NCBI GenBank assembly: GCA_951406725.2 | Contig: OX597821.1 | Coordinates: 28,644,001 to 28,708,000 of the forward strand | Reading direction: 5' to 3' | Source: Octopus vulgaris | Taxonomy: Eukaryota | Length of the DNA stretch: 64,000 nucleotides | The notes under the pieces: model-generated | Told to the model about the DNA's origin: nothing | Databases searched by the model: none | What the model saw: only the letters and a program-made list of their open reading frames with translations | Made by a program: the position numbers and the translations under genes | Shown: piece by piece, positions 39,961 to 55,049 of the stretch | Numbering within the stretch: the stretch's first letter is position 1 | Layout of the letters: the number at the start of each line of letters is the position of its first letter

Positions 39961-42229
39961 ACCTAAAGTAGAAGCCACTATCAATGTTCTTGGAGAAAAA
40001 ATACCGATATCTCAGAGAATTATTCATCTCTAAATATGTTATTCTGTGAAATATAATAGGTTGCGTTAGTTTAGTTACTAATTTGTATTTCAAAACCTGT
40101 TATTACGTTTAGTGATAACAAGATTAAACCATGTGTAACATGTACCATTTTATCGTATGTTCATAGCGAAAAATAACGCTTTAGCAGATTAACATCTAGA
40201 AAGAATTTAAGAGAATTTCTTCATCAATGTTTAGGCGGTTTTTAAATGTTAGATTGGTGATTGATTTAAAGTAATAGTTTAAGCTCTTAGTTCACTCGCT
40301 AACAATAATTCCATTAGCCGAACTCTAATACCAATCTTACATTAAATGCGCGATTATGTAAATATTATGATCGCATAATAACCATCTCCTAAGGGAATCT
40401 AAATTCCGTTAATCCACTCCCTGTATTGATTTGTAGTATGCCCTCAAAAGAAACTACCCCTTTCACTCTCTCGCTAAAATCAGTTTCGCTGTAATAATCA
40501 AATTTCAAAACCATTCTCTGTAATACAGCATTAATGAAGCTGGAGGCCATTTGCATTTAAGGTGTTTGAAAGTTCTCGATTGTTCCCTCAACGAATCTGT
40601 ACTTTTTAATTTACCGTTGTTGTTTTTTTTATTTTTAATTTTCGTTTTCAGGATGATTTGCTGCATAATCATTATTTTTAATACATCTTCATTTCGAATA
40701 ATCTTGTTTTCTTTTTGATTTCCATTTTCGCTAACCGAAGCTCTATTTTTGTTTTTCTTCTCAGCCATCTTGCTTTCCCACCCAAGTTCACATATTCTAA
40801 CACTAAACGTCATTAGTCAGGCCAAAACAGAATATTAACTTTTTTTTTTATCTGAAAACAGGATATTAATTTGAAACATCCGAATTTGGCCTGATCAAGA
40901 CAATTAAAAACATGGACCCTCATTCAAACAATTTATTAGAAAGTGATTCAGGCTTTATTTTATTCAGGTTTTAATTTTCCTTCAGTCCTTTTAATCTATT
41001 TATTTCATCAACAGAATTAATATTAGTTTTCTCTGTCGCTTTCTCTTTCCATCTATCCATCTTCAACTTCCTCTTTCCTTCTTTCCGTCTCCACTTCTCT
41101 CTCCCCATCTCACTTGACTTTTGTAATCCTTCTCTTTTGCTCGGCGTATAACTAAATTTATCTCTTAATAAATGGATTGCTAGCATAAAAATGCAAAACT
41201 ATAAAAGCGACAGATTTTCATGGCGGTATTAATAGAAGTTTCCAATGGTTATGATGCAGATATGGAATTTAGATTTTTGGCATCACTTAAAGGCATAGCA
41301 AGTTAAGTATACAGTATATGAACTTAGGCCAGTAGCCATAAAATGAAGCCAAATTAAACGCTTTCTTCGACTTCACATAGTATCTCAAATAATGAAAAGT
41401 GGTGCATAAAATTGAATATTATATGTAAAGTATTGTCTGAATCAAATATAGGAATCCTTTTTATGTTCAATTATTTATGGAGAAGGTATTATTTGTCAGA
41501 TACATAATTTATATTCTTATTTTTCTTTCTTTTTTTTTTCTCCACATTTGCAGCAAGCCGTAAATGTGTATGGATTGTGAATGTTGTCCACTGAAACATC
41601 CATAATTATGTCTCATTGTTTGGACGAGTAAAAACGACATCTCGCCACCACAAACACTATTATGCTAAGAAGAGAGAAAACTAAAGCTAAATAATCTAAA
41701 ACTAGGTGTTTAGTCTAGCTGTCTAATGATTTTAACACTACATCTTTTTTCTTGTTTTCTCTTTTTTTCCTTGATGTAATAAGAATACAGTTCTATGCAA
41801 CTACATATACTGATATGCGCCTACGTTTATGTCTACTTCAGAATAAAACTAATTATGCGGATTGCCTTCAAAAGTGAATGTACTATTATGTGTTTGTAAT
41901 CATACTGACTAATGCTGCAGAGAAATTTTTCATGTTAAAAATCAAAAAGTCAGGTCACATTAATAACATAAAATATTTTGAAACAACATGTTTCTCACAT
42001 GTAGCATTCTGTTCACGAATCGCTATAATGGATATCTCAGTGCACCATTTTCTAATTCAACTATATGCGAGTCTGGCAGTTCATTATATTTACTCTAAAC
42101 AAATTATGATATTGAAACGGTTTCAATTTGTCCATCAGTGCATCGAATCATTGCAAAACTAAAACTAGAATTAGTTGTCCCCAATCCTTAAATTCAAACT
42201 TGGTAAGAGAAAAAATTAATTTTATTCCG

Positions 42230-43110
42230 ATCAAAAGTTTGCATATCTCGGTCGATCATCAGCTTGGTAGAGGAATATATGAACTTCATCTTCCATAAAA
42301 TGTAATCAACCTCGAATCATTACTAATACATAATGGCTGTGATTAGTTGCAAGTGCCTCGGGTAATTTGGGGGTGAAGCATACAGTGTGATAGAATGCTA
42401 TTTGTTCATTATCAGAGGAATGGCATAATGTTGTTATTGAATGAGAAACGCAATGAAGCTAATTCTGTTTACAATTGAATTTGGAGACCTTGCTGTACAG
42501 TAAGAGGTGATGGGTGTGATTGGGAGAAGGCGATGAGATTTGCTGTGGGATAATAGAAAAACTGAGATAAGAATAGCTATCAGGTTAATATTACAGAGAA
42601 TTGGTCAAGTAAATATTATCGATATCAAGAAATAACAGAAATGCCGGATGTAATGCAAAGAAGTTTTGTAGATGACGCAGTTTAGATTATTCCTGAAGAA
42701 AAATAGTTGGCAACGAGGCATTTGTTAACATAATGACCGAGCAAAATTTCGGTAGCACCAATTAATCAGGAGAAAATTTGGAACACAGTATGGTCTCCAG
42801 AGATGTTACCGCAGATAGGGCCCATCTTAGTAGACATATTACCACATTTATTTACGGATAAAAATCATCTGAGACGGTGAATCAAGTAAGCAAGGATGGT
42901 TCGGCTTGGTGGAAGATGTTAGTAGAGCTCTGTTATAGTAAGAGTGACGGTTTAATAAATATTTTATATCAGATAAATCGTCATTATAAGGGATTTCACG
43001 TTCAAGGTTACAAGAAACTTGGAGACACCGGGTGAAATGATAAAAAAGCTGAAAAAGTTTATGAAGTAGTTCGTATCATAATACGGGAAGGAAATAAAGA
43101 GACAAAATTT
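42230..43110 (-). pseudogene. Heavily decayed Penelope-like RT fragment with a hammerhead remnant at its 3' end
   Basis: Minus-strand IPYNDDLSDIKYLLNRHS, MSTKMGPICGNI (compare AMGTKMGPSYANL), GHYVNKCL (compare GRYIDDC), LFLDI and PDSYSYL occur in the expected order. Downstream lies CUGAUGA-ucgacc-GAGA at plus 42246-42262. Confidence 0.55.
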
Positions 43111-43219
43111 CTAAAAATTATAAAAGGAAACCAGAGAAAGGATTTGTAAGACACCTGGATGCAAATTAAATGAGGTAGGTAGCAATGGAAAGATTCTGTA
43201 TTTTAAGAAATTAGAAGTT

Positions 43220-43367
43220 ATTCCGCTGGAATAAGGAGTGGTTGGGGATCTCCGGTCCGTAGCATCGAATCGCCAGGCCTGGTCGGCGTTTGTGAGAGAT
43301 GTAGCATTGAGGATGAATGAAACCAGCTCAACCCACCCCGGGTGAATGCTGTTAGAAGAAGGAGAAG
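43220..43367 (+). mobile_element. Short 3' end of an RTE-type LINE with 57-bp target-site duplication
   Basis: Encodes-like LRSVASNRQAWSAFVRDV and ends in a GAA-rich tail. Flanked by diverged direct repeats 43163-43219 and 43368-43424. Confidence 0.7.
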
Positions 43368-43834
43368 AAATTAAATATGGAAGGTAGCAATGGAAATTTT
43401 CTGTATTTTAAGAAAGTAGAAGTTCAAAGCGATATTTCGATCTTAATAGAAATACAAGTCATAGCTCAGAGAAATGAGTTATTGTACTATGATGGGTAAC
43501 AGCATTTAGTTATGATGAGTACGATCATTTGGTTTTTAATAAGCTGGCAGAGTTACTTCTTTGTAGAGGACGCCGTGCCAGATCATCCTGATACTGTATA
43601 CAAATTAAAATTCAAAGAGTTGAGTAGAAATGGAGTAATGTTTGTGTTGAGTTTTTTAAAACTGTCAACTTTTGCTTACTGCACTACTCAAAGCCAACTG
43701 CACACCATTGAGCTTTCAGACCGCATTTTATCTCTTTTACATTGCATATATTTTCTTTGAAAGTTACATTCCTCGGTAATTTCTGCTTTTACTCACAGGC
43801 GAAAGAGACAAATATCTCCCTATACTCGTAGTAT

Positions 43835-44098
43835 GGAGGCCCATGGATAAGTGGTTTAGGTGTTTAACTCATGGTCATAAGATTGTGGTTTCGATTTCTG
43901 GACCGGGCGACGCATTGTGTTCTTGAGCAAAAAACTTCATTTCCCGTTGCTCCAGTCCACTCAGCTAGCGAAGATGAGTAATCCTGCAACGGACCGGCGC
44001 CCCGTCCAGGGAGGAATAATATACAGCATGAAACCGGTAACCCGGCCCTAATGAGTCTGCATGACTTGAGAAAGTAACTTTACCCTTTTTTACCTTTA
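43835..44098 (+). mobile_element. Mosaic SINE: tRNA-like head, family-D CORE-like body, tail shared with 57860-58161
   Basis: ttgtgttcttgagcaaaaaacttcatttcccgttgctccagtccactcagct followed by cctgcaacggaccggcgccccgtccagg..gaaaccggtaacccggccctaatgag. The motif ctatact occurs on both flanks. Confidence 0.8.
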
Positions 44099-45246
44099 CT
44101 ATACTTATAGGTTGACGTTCTCTGACTTGCAGTCACAACCAGATATGTGCCTTCAAATTCTCTTGTTTCAGCTGTATGCCACAGGTATCACAGATGAAAA
44201 GTTATCTCAGATAGTTTTAGGCTACACAAAACTAATTGAGAATCTCCCCTTCTACTTACTCAGATCTGTAACTGTAGTTCTCTCAACCTGACACACATTA
44301 CAGGCTGTCTTTGTAATGCATTATACATAGGTAAAAGGAAATATTCTCCAATAATTAATATTCTCCAAACTACTCTAGGAAGACTCAATTATTCTATGAT
44401 GACTCATGTAGGCACTTCTTGGCTTCTGAAGTTTGTCAACTTTGCAATGCTTCACATTTCTATAAATTCACTACCTCCCTAACATACATTAATCAGTTAT
44501 TCTTCTTACCGTATTTCTTTAAAATTTTCATTTAAGTATCCCCCAAACCATTTCAGCTTCTTGTTTAATTCTACCATCTAGCTTTTTCTTCCTCTTACCT
44601 ACTTTCCCTCCAATATATAAGATTATCACAATTGCAATAGCCAACGACCTCTCACAAGTCACTTATAAACCTTTTCTCATTAATTCCACGTGCCCCATGC
44701 TCTTTCGAATGTCAAAATCATTAAAGCGTCGTAGAACATCGGAAAAAAATATTGCGCGGTTTGTTCAGGATCTTTAAGCTCTGCTTTCAAATTCCACCAG
44801 GTTTGCTCAGTTTGAGGACGATAAAGTGAAGTACTGGATGTTATCGAGTTACTCCTACCTCCCAGAATCAGCAGGAATTGTCCCAAAATTTGAAACAATT
44901 ATTTCTATCCATACGTAATTTGATTGAGGGACCATGACGTTAGAGCGTCAGAAAGATGCATTACAGTTTATAATCCAGCTCTTTATATATTCTGTGTTCA
45001 AATTCTACCGGGTTCCTTTTTTTATCTTTTCCGGATCGATAAAATAAAAGGTCATCCAAATACGAGATTCGATATAATAAATTAATCATTCAGCTCAAAT
45101 TTTGCTTTGTTGTGTTGTGCATAAATCAGATTATATTTCCAAGCATTTACAAACTTAACCTTGTCGCTCACACACATTGGCTTATAGCTGTAGACCCATA
45201 CAATTATGTTTACGCTCCTTCTCTATATTTGTTTTTATTCTCTTTC

Positions 45247-45647
45247 TCTCTTTTACTTGTTTCAGTCATTTTGACTGCGGCCATGCTGGAGCACCGCCTT
45301 TAGTCGAGCAAATCGACCCCGGGACTTATTCTTTGTAAGCCTAGTACTTATTCTATCGGTCTCTTTTGCCGAACCGCTAAGTGACGGGGACGTAAACACA
45401 CCAGCATCGGTTGTCAAGCAATGCTAGGGGGACAAACACAGACACACAAACACACACATACATATATAGATATATACATATATACGACAGGCTTCTTTCA
45501 GTTTCCGTCTACCAAATCTACTCACAAGGCATTGGTCGGCCCGGGGCTACAGTAGAAGACACTTGCCCAAGATGCCACGCAGTGGGACTGAACACGTAAC
45601 CATGTGGTTGGTTAGCAAGCTACTTACCGCACAGCCACTCCTGCGCC
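45247..45647 (-). mobile_element. SINE family A, full length, young
   Basis: Reverse complement is near-identical to 22254-22654. Confidence 0.95.
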
Positions 45648-46782
45648 TATTGTTTATTGTTTATTTATCACTAATTTTAAAACAATATAGAAGCTGAATT
45701 TCTAATCCGTTTAATACTTCAATACCCACTTCTTTTACTCAAATCCTCTCTAATGACCCTAAACCTTTCTCTATAGATTCTCACTTCTCGGGGAATACTT
45801 CAACTGAAAATTTATTTCCTTTCAGATACAGTGCTTGTCTCAGGGTGATGTACATTATTCCCTCCCAACAAATTTATTCACATTCATGTAGTTTATTTTA
45901 TGAAATAATCGAAGGAAAGGTGTTGATTTCTGAGCAGCTTCAATGATTGCAACTACTTTCAGTGCCTACATGTATTCTCGTTCAGTAGGTGATATTATTC
46001 TTAACAAGAATGTAATCAGCCTATCTGACTGAGAAACGCCATACTAATGACTGTAACAGACGCGTTAGTCTTAAAAATTATGTTTTGTCATTTATTTTGT
46101 CTAGAAATACTGAAGCTATATTTGATTTAAAATGGAAGTAAATTTTAATGACTATATTTAATCTAAGTAACTTTCCTTCTGGCGCAATTAATAAATGTTT
46201 AACTTTATAATAGTATTTTTTTAATCAATTTAACATAGTTAGCAAATAATTCTAAAATGCAGAAATAACTAATTGAAAGCTTGTTGATATAGGAAAATAC
46301 TTCAAAAAGGAGTCAAAAACTTCCAATAATGCGACCATGCTGAATAATGTGCTAGACATCAAAAGCACAATTTTATATATAAAAGTCAGGATATACATCT
46401 TCTACGTTACAGGCTGGTGTTTTGCAGCAAGGTAACAGAAATTTTATATAACGGTTCATGATGTCAAAGAGTAAGTTTCGAAAATTTGTTATTTTTAGCA
46501 CCAGACAGGAGCAAGAGTCTAATTATATATTAGTATGCCTCCAACACTGAAATGTATTTTCGTAAATGTTACTAATTAAAATATATTTCAGTCAGAATAA
46601 AATTGTAAATTAATACAGTTACGTGAAGAAATAATGTTTTCTTCCGGGATTAATCAAGAAAAGTATAAGAGGAAGCTGGATTATATTTTCTTCAGTTCTT
46701 AACCGTTTCGTGCATTTTTATGGGGCTCAAATTAGTGAACAATTCTGATAGCTTCGATGCAACAATTCTGATTGAATCCATA

Positions 46783-47190
46783 GGATCTTTTCGGTTTGAA
46801 CGGCAGTTTTTTTCTCGCGGTACATATGAAATTGTCATCCATAATAATGACCCTAGTATCGATCTATTGCATTTCAATGTTTTAGGGTTAGGGGAGGGGG
46901 GAAGGGTATCTTTTTTTCTTCACAAATGTAAATAATCCGAATCTGTTTCTTAAACGAGGGACATATTCATACGGCACAGAATGTTTTTTTACCTCAATGG
47001 ACGTAGTTGATTGGTTGAAATTGCAGAAATTGAAGAAAAAACAACAAATATCTTACAAACTATAGACTTTTCTCAATAAAGCCAAGAGAAAAAGATGTTT
47101 TATAAACACATTCTACCAGTATACGAAGTTTAACATTCTTTAGTTACCTAGAAATTATGTTAAAAACTGCCGTTCAAACCTAAAAGATCC
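46783..47190. mobile_element. MITE copy 2 (Merlin-like)
   Basis: TIRs ggatcttttcggtttgaacggcagttttt / aaaaactgccgttcaaacctaaaagatcc. Perfect 8-bp TSD aatccata at 46775-46782 and 47191-47198. Confidence 0.92.
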
Positions 47191-47790
47191 AATCCATATT
47201 CTAGGACCAACAGAACATTATCATAATCCTTTCATAGCGATTTATCCTAAATATAATGATTTCATGTGATTATATTTATTAATAAACTCAGGCAAGGCCA
47301 AGTACTGCTGCTAGCTTGTCATAATCTAATGGAACATTAAGTTCATTAGCATCATTTAAGAAAGCAATCAGACCTGAATCAGTTTCCTTGAATCTGTCAA
47401 ACTACCAATACGTAAATTCAATCAAGATAAAGGAGTGTGTTCTTCAGATTATACTTCCCAAAATTCTGAGAATTAGATGTTGAAAATCGTGAAAGTGCAA
47501 TTGTTGAATCAAAGTTCAATCGACAAAATTGGTACAATTTCGCAATTAGCCTTAAATTGTATAGGGTGAGGTTTTGTGTTCAATTCGAATAGTGATTCGA
47601 TGGTATGACAGTATCTGATTTATTCTGAAGACTTCATCTGTAGCGGCTACATTCATAATATTCTCGATAGAGTCTGAGTATCTGATATGAAGATGAATGC
47701 ATAAATTGTTAATCTACGACCGACTTATTGACACAAGAACTAATAAAGACTGAATTTGAAGGGTGACTCAAGACTTTTAAAAGATGATTC

Positions 47791-47898
<108 letters not shown>

Positions 47899-47962
47899 AT
47901 ATATGTATATATATGAGTGTATTTATATACATTATATATACCTGTATGTATATAAACATGTA

Positions 47963-48012
<50 letters not shown>

Positions 48013-48029
48013 TGTTCGCGTTAGAGTGA

Positions 48030-48222
48030 ACTCGCACCCCCACCATCCCTTGACAACTGATGTAGCTGTGTTTACGTCACCATACCTTAGTCGTTTGCCA
48101 AAGTACACCAATAGAATATGAACAAGGTGTACAAAGAATAAGTCCCGGGTTCGATTCGTTCGACTAAAGGCGGTGCTCCAGCATGGCTGTAGTTACATGA
48201 TCGAAACAAGTAAAACAATAAT
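48030..48222 (+). mobile_element. 3' half of a family-A SINE
   Basis: cttgacaactgatgtagctgtgtttacgtc..cgactaaaggcggtgctccagcatggc, preceded by a TA microsatellite. Confidence 0.8.
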
Positions 48223-48239
48223 AAAACTATACCACTTTA

Positions 48240-48268
48240 ACCCCGAGCAACGCCGGGTATCTCTATAT
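48240..48268 (+). mobile_element. Possible Helitron 3'-terminal hairpin
   Basis: cccgagcaacgccggg followed by tatctcta. A more degenerate version ending in ctgctag lies at about 47287-47314. Confidence 0.4.
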
Positions 48269-49978
48269 ATACATGCATATATTTAGTCCGTAACTTTGAA
48301 ATCACCATCAAGGCAATTCAGATTGACGTAAAATTTTTTTGATTGTAATTTAACATAAAAACAATACACGCATACATACACACAAATATCTATACACACA
48401 AGAATGTATATTTTTCAAAAAATATAATATCGACTGAGTATAGAACGTTTTAGGAGCGGCTAAGATTTCTAGGAGTACTGAAGCTGGTCGATTTTCTAAG
48501 GTTTCATACCTCGCATTCATTTCATAGAACGCAGTCACAGTTGCACTCAATCAACTTTCTCCAACGACCAGATGTAGAATTAATAGGATTTTCAGGTGAA
48601 TTCAATTTATTTCATTTTCGCAAATTTGCTTTTGATGTTTAATAAAAAAAAATGTCATAAGAGAATTCAAAGCAAAGCTTTTGTTCAAAATCTTTGAAAA
48701 TTAGGAGAATATAGACATAATACGACATGGATAATAAGAGCTTTATAAAGAAACAGTAAATTGAAGATTAACATTTATCTTGTATAAATTATTAGCTTCG
48801 GTCTTGCATGAGCATTGTTATTTTGTAAATTTTAATCGTTGAATGATGTTACGATAGATGTAAGGGAAATAAATGCAATAAATATTAAGAGAAAAATAAC
48901 ATTTATCATAAAATGTAGCAACTCATTTAAGCCAGGAAAAGTATAAACATTGTTTACGTAGGAAATATTGTAGTGATTTTAAACTCGATTATTCTTTTCG
49001 ATAAATAAATTGTCTAAAAAAAATTTTAATTTGCTGGTTGTCTAAAATAGTAAAAAGATTTTTACAAGAATTAAAAATCGTGATAGTCTTCATAATGATC
49101 ATGTATTCTTACGTCAGTATTTCGTCAAAACAATGTTCTTTGCAAAACAAAGTGAGTTTTCCTGCAAATAATAATAGATTACGTCATCGTATGTATGGCT
49201 TGGGGTATAATCAATCAATGCAAATATTAAAGGAGAAACGGTTGCATAACGTGTGGGTAGCGTCTTGTTGTAGGTGTTGTTTATGACTGAATGAGAATAA
49301 AATCACTTGAGAGGAGTTTCTCTAATTTACCTCAAATATTTCTCTAATGATATATTTTTAGGTTTTGCGAAAGCTCTCCTTGACGCTAATAAACTGTCAC
49401 TATATCTTCTTTCATTCAGGAAATGCTTAAAACTGCATGTGATTGTTAGATACAATTATGCAGCGTGCAAAACATGATATATAAGAGCATGAAATCTGAA
49501 AATGACTTCCGAAATGATCACCTGATAATTAACTTTTAGAATAACAACGAAAAATAATATAAAGCAACACTAATTTGATAATAAGATACCTGGTTGTCAT
49601 CTTCTTTTACAATGCGAAAGAATATGCTTTGGTCCATAGGCTTCATATTTTCTATTGTAATTTATATCGTGCTGAAACTTTCTATAAATTCGTTGATGAT
49701 ATATGTTGCTGAAACTGGATCGTTTCACAACTCCCTGGAAAATGAAATATTTTTATTCTGTATATAAGTTTGAATGCTTGAACTTTAAATGCCAAGAATA
49801 AATCATGCACCTTATTCTTTCATACACAAATATAATAAGCCATAGGTTTAAAACAGTTCTTTTCGTTTTTTTTCCTTGCTGAATTCCATCAATTTGAATA
49901 CATATATGTACATAGATGCAGAAAGGCGCACAAGTAGTTTCTCACATACCTACCTACCTACCTACCTACCTTGCCTGC

Positions 49979-50211
49979 GTATTTCTTTACTACTCACAAC
50001 GGGCTAAACACATAGGGGACAAACAAGGACAGACACACGGATTAAATCGATTACATCGACGCAAGTGCGTAACTGGTACTTAAATCTATCGACCCCGAAA
50101 GGATGAAAGGCAAAGTCGACCTCGGCGGAATTTGAACTCAGAACGTAACGGCAGACGAAATACCGCTAAGCATTTCGCCCGGCGTGCTAACGTTTCTGCC
50201 AGCTCGCCGCC
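49979..50211 (-). mobile_element. SINE family B, young full-length copy
   Basis: Complete head ggcggcgagctggcagaaacgttagcacgccgggcg on minus. Flanking duplication ctacctacctaccttgcctgc within a (CCTA)n tract. Confidence 0.95.
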
Positions 50212-52098
50212 TACCTACCTACCTTGCCTGCCTACCTACCTACGGACAGACGAAGAGATAGATGAGGATATATAAACTTCTAGGCGCATAACTATCAAAG
50301 GAGAGGTGTGCTTGTGTGTCTCATGCAACACTTATAATGAAACTTTGAGAGAATACTGTTAATGTTCTTTTCAATATACGTAAATGAAAACAATTTTAAT
50401 TGTTGTACCATTCATGCATATCTAAAACATACGTAACTCAATATATGTAGTTTTACTTCAGTGGAAGAAGTTAATACACACGTTTAAAATGTTATGAGTA
50501 TGCCAAGTGTTCAGATCTTTAGTATAACTTATTGTTTTATGAAATTAATTCGTTTTAATATGAATCTCCAAATTTGTAGATCTGATGAAAATCATAACTC
50601 GCTAACATCAAACAAAAATATATATCTAGTATGGTATATGCTGAGCAAATCTACGTTCTTTGTTTAATTTCTGTGAATATGCCATTGGTGTCTAAAAGCA
50701 TTGATTGACGAGAAGGCTTTTTATTAACTAACCAGGAGTAATTTACTAGAGTAGAAATGTAAGCAACTGTAAAGTGTCCACTTCTATATTTTTAGTTATA
50801 ATTTAGTTTTGTCTCTTCATGATCAAAGTCCAGATCTCGACTAACATAAAATTGCCGTTCAAACACACGTGTTCTACTGGAATCGATTCAATCGGTTATA
50901 CATCACGCTTAATGTAAGGTTATTTAAAATCAATACATAACATGTTATTCTTGGACATTTTTTATTTTAAACCGATATGCTACATTATATTAAAATTCTT
51001 ACTTTCCAAAGGCTTCTAAACACAAATCTATATAACTTTTTTATTGTCTGTTTTTCATGTATGTGGAGAATCAAAACTGTTTTATTTTATCTTGTTTGAA
51101 ACTTACATATTCTGACCCTGACAGGATTTCTTCTCCAGTAGGAGATAAATACCAGCTGTTATTTATCTTTAGGAAACTCGTTAATCTCTAAACAACATCG
51201 TTAAACCAACGTATTTTGCAATAATACTTTTGGAAAATATATCTTGCAGAGGCAGCGACTGTAGAATCATAAAAGAAGTACCTTTCGAACCACCGGCTGA
51301 GACACACTTTTAAGTTTGTTTTACCTGTATTGACATCTTTATTGCTCCATACATTCACCTATTCTTAGTCACTGCTTTGAATTGCTACTATATCCTTACA
51401 TACAGTTGTTCTTCATGACACACGGCCATCGTATTGCCTACGTTTCATATAAATAAATGAAGCCTAAGGAATATACGTAGTAAATTTGTCTATCGCCCAG
51501 ACGAACTTCATGTTGCATTATCTATCTGTTTTCACACACTGCAGCTAACTAAGCTTTATAAGATCTCACAGGCCTTATACTATATACAACAGAAAGCTAC
51601 GTAGATAGATTAGTATAAATCCGGTGAAAAACATGGTAGTGTATAACATAACATCAACCCACGCCCGTCTCTTCAACACAAAAATCAACGAGAATTCTTA
51701 CATATCTATATATATTTGTGTGCGTATCTATATATGTGTGTACGTATATGCACGTAAGACTGCTAACTAATAATAAAATATAACTATATAGAGAAGCACA
51801 TAAAATGCTTTTACCTTTTCCTTTTCAAATTTTGAATTCATGCGTAGGATAAGGTGCTTCTAATGTTCTCATATATTTTCATCAAAGCAGACAACTACAT
51901 TTTGAAGTAAGATATAATTAAACGAAGTGAAATGCGCTAGAAATGATATTCACCTCCACACAACAAAAACTCCAAATAACTTAGAAATAATATTAATTAT
52001 CGAAATCTTAAATCTTGAAATATTTAACTTCAACTAAAAATGTTATATTAAAAATTTATAAATTGTAGACATGTAAAATTAGACAAGAGTGGGTATCG

Positions 52099-52183
<85 letters not shown>

Positions 52184-52478
52184 CTACGTCTACTTCAAGA
52201 GAATTGGGGAAGCATATAGACTATTGGAATACGATATATCACTCTATGTGGTATCTGATTAATGTATATTATCCTATCTGAAATTATTTGTTACATTAAA
52301 AGCGATTATTTGTTACATTAAGTCGAATATCGAGCACATTAAGAAACCGATTTCTGATGCAAGCTGAAAAGCGAAGAGTGTTAAAACAAACACACATACA
52401 CATATACATAACACACATATACATAATACACATATATATGCCTATATATATGTATATATAGAAAATAAATATACATGC

Positions 52479-52527
<49 letters not shown>

Positions 52528-52614
52528 TGTATACATATATATTTATATATACATATAAATATTTATATATATATATATATACAATATACATATATGTACA
52601 AATATGTAAATATG

Positions 52615-52656
<42 letters not shown>

Positions 52657-53855
52657 CATGTATATTCGTATACACGCACACACACACACACTCTCACACA
52701 CACACGAGAGATCATGAATACATAAATTATCACGTTTCGCCGATTTCTGATGTCACATTAGAATAAATTCTGTAAGGAATAATGTTTCCCAGTTTTACTG
52801 CCACAAAGGTCTATCCCCAGAATAGCACACGCACACACTCCCAATACGCACACACGGTACATACTTCACACCCGCGCGCATTCCCTTACAAACACCTACA
52901 TATAAAATAATTAAAAAAAAAGATGTACTCGTTTTTAAATATTCATGCATACTGCCAATGCACAAATATATACGCACTGAAGCATATACATTTCAAGGGA
53001 CATACCTACGTTCGTGCATTCATTTACAAGTGCATCCTCCCTTTTTCCTTTTTTTATACCTTCTCTTCGAGAAAGAAGCTACTGTGATAACTGTATTTAC
53101 ATATGTGGTTTTGCTGTGAGTGGGTGTAACACGTGTGTGTATGTGTGTGTATGTTAGTGAGTGTATGTGTGGATGTATATATCGTGCAACCTTTCCTATC
53201 ATTATCTCCTAAGCTTGGGAAAAAATATATTTATATTGCTTTTGTGGTACTTTATTTTATTTTATGTCCTCTCAGGTAAGCATTTAAAGGAGTCCTACCT
53301 ACAATGATATCACAGCGCTCTCTCACAAATATCTTCTTGGGAAAACAACCTGAGAACATAGTTTATTACAAGTTGATTCGTAATAAATTGTTGCCTGAAA
53401 AAAACATTCGATTCAATAATCAACCAATAAACTGAAAAAAAGCACGTATGCACACACGCATGCGCACAAATATGCCATATAAGTTTCTCTATGTGTATAT
53501 TGATAAAATCATATGACAAGAAAAACACATAAACGATTGTATACAAAAACATATAATTTCTATAGAATACATTTCGACGCATATATATACATACATATAG
53601 GTTTATATACATGTATACATACACATAAGTGTATATGTGTATGCGCGTTTTCATTTGACAATGTGAGGTTTCTGTGCCTGAGTGTTGGTATTTTCGTATG
53701 GTTTTCCTTAACGCGTATATTTACAGAATTTGTATAAAATTATCAGTGACTGTGCTAAGAGCATGTACGACTATGTAGTATTCTCTGTTGTTGTCACTTG
53801 TAGATGTACAAGAGTTACGCTTGTTCAAAACAGGTCCTTGTATATACATATATGC

Positions 53856-53888
<33 letters not shown>

Positions 53889-53939
53889 TATATGCATGTA
53901 TGTATGTATATACATATGTGGATATATATATATATATAT

Positions 53940-54890
<951 letters not shown>

Positions 54891-54939
54891 TCTATATATG
54901 TATATGTATGTATGTATGTATCTATCTATCTATCTATCT

Positions 54940-55001
<62 letters not shown>

Positions 55002-55049
55002 CACACATATGTATGTGCGTGTATGTATAAACATATATATATATTTATA

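Noticed and set aside
41520-41635. Strong polypyrimidine acceptor ending in tttgcag
   Set aside because: All three downstream frames hit stops before a good donor, so no coding exon can be supported.
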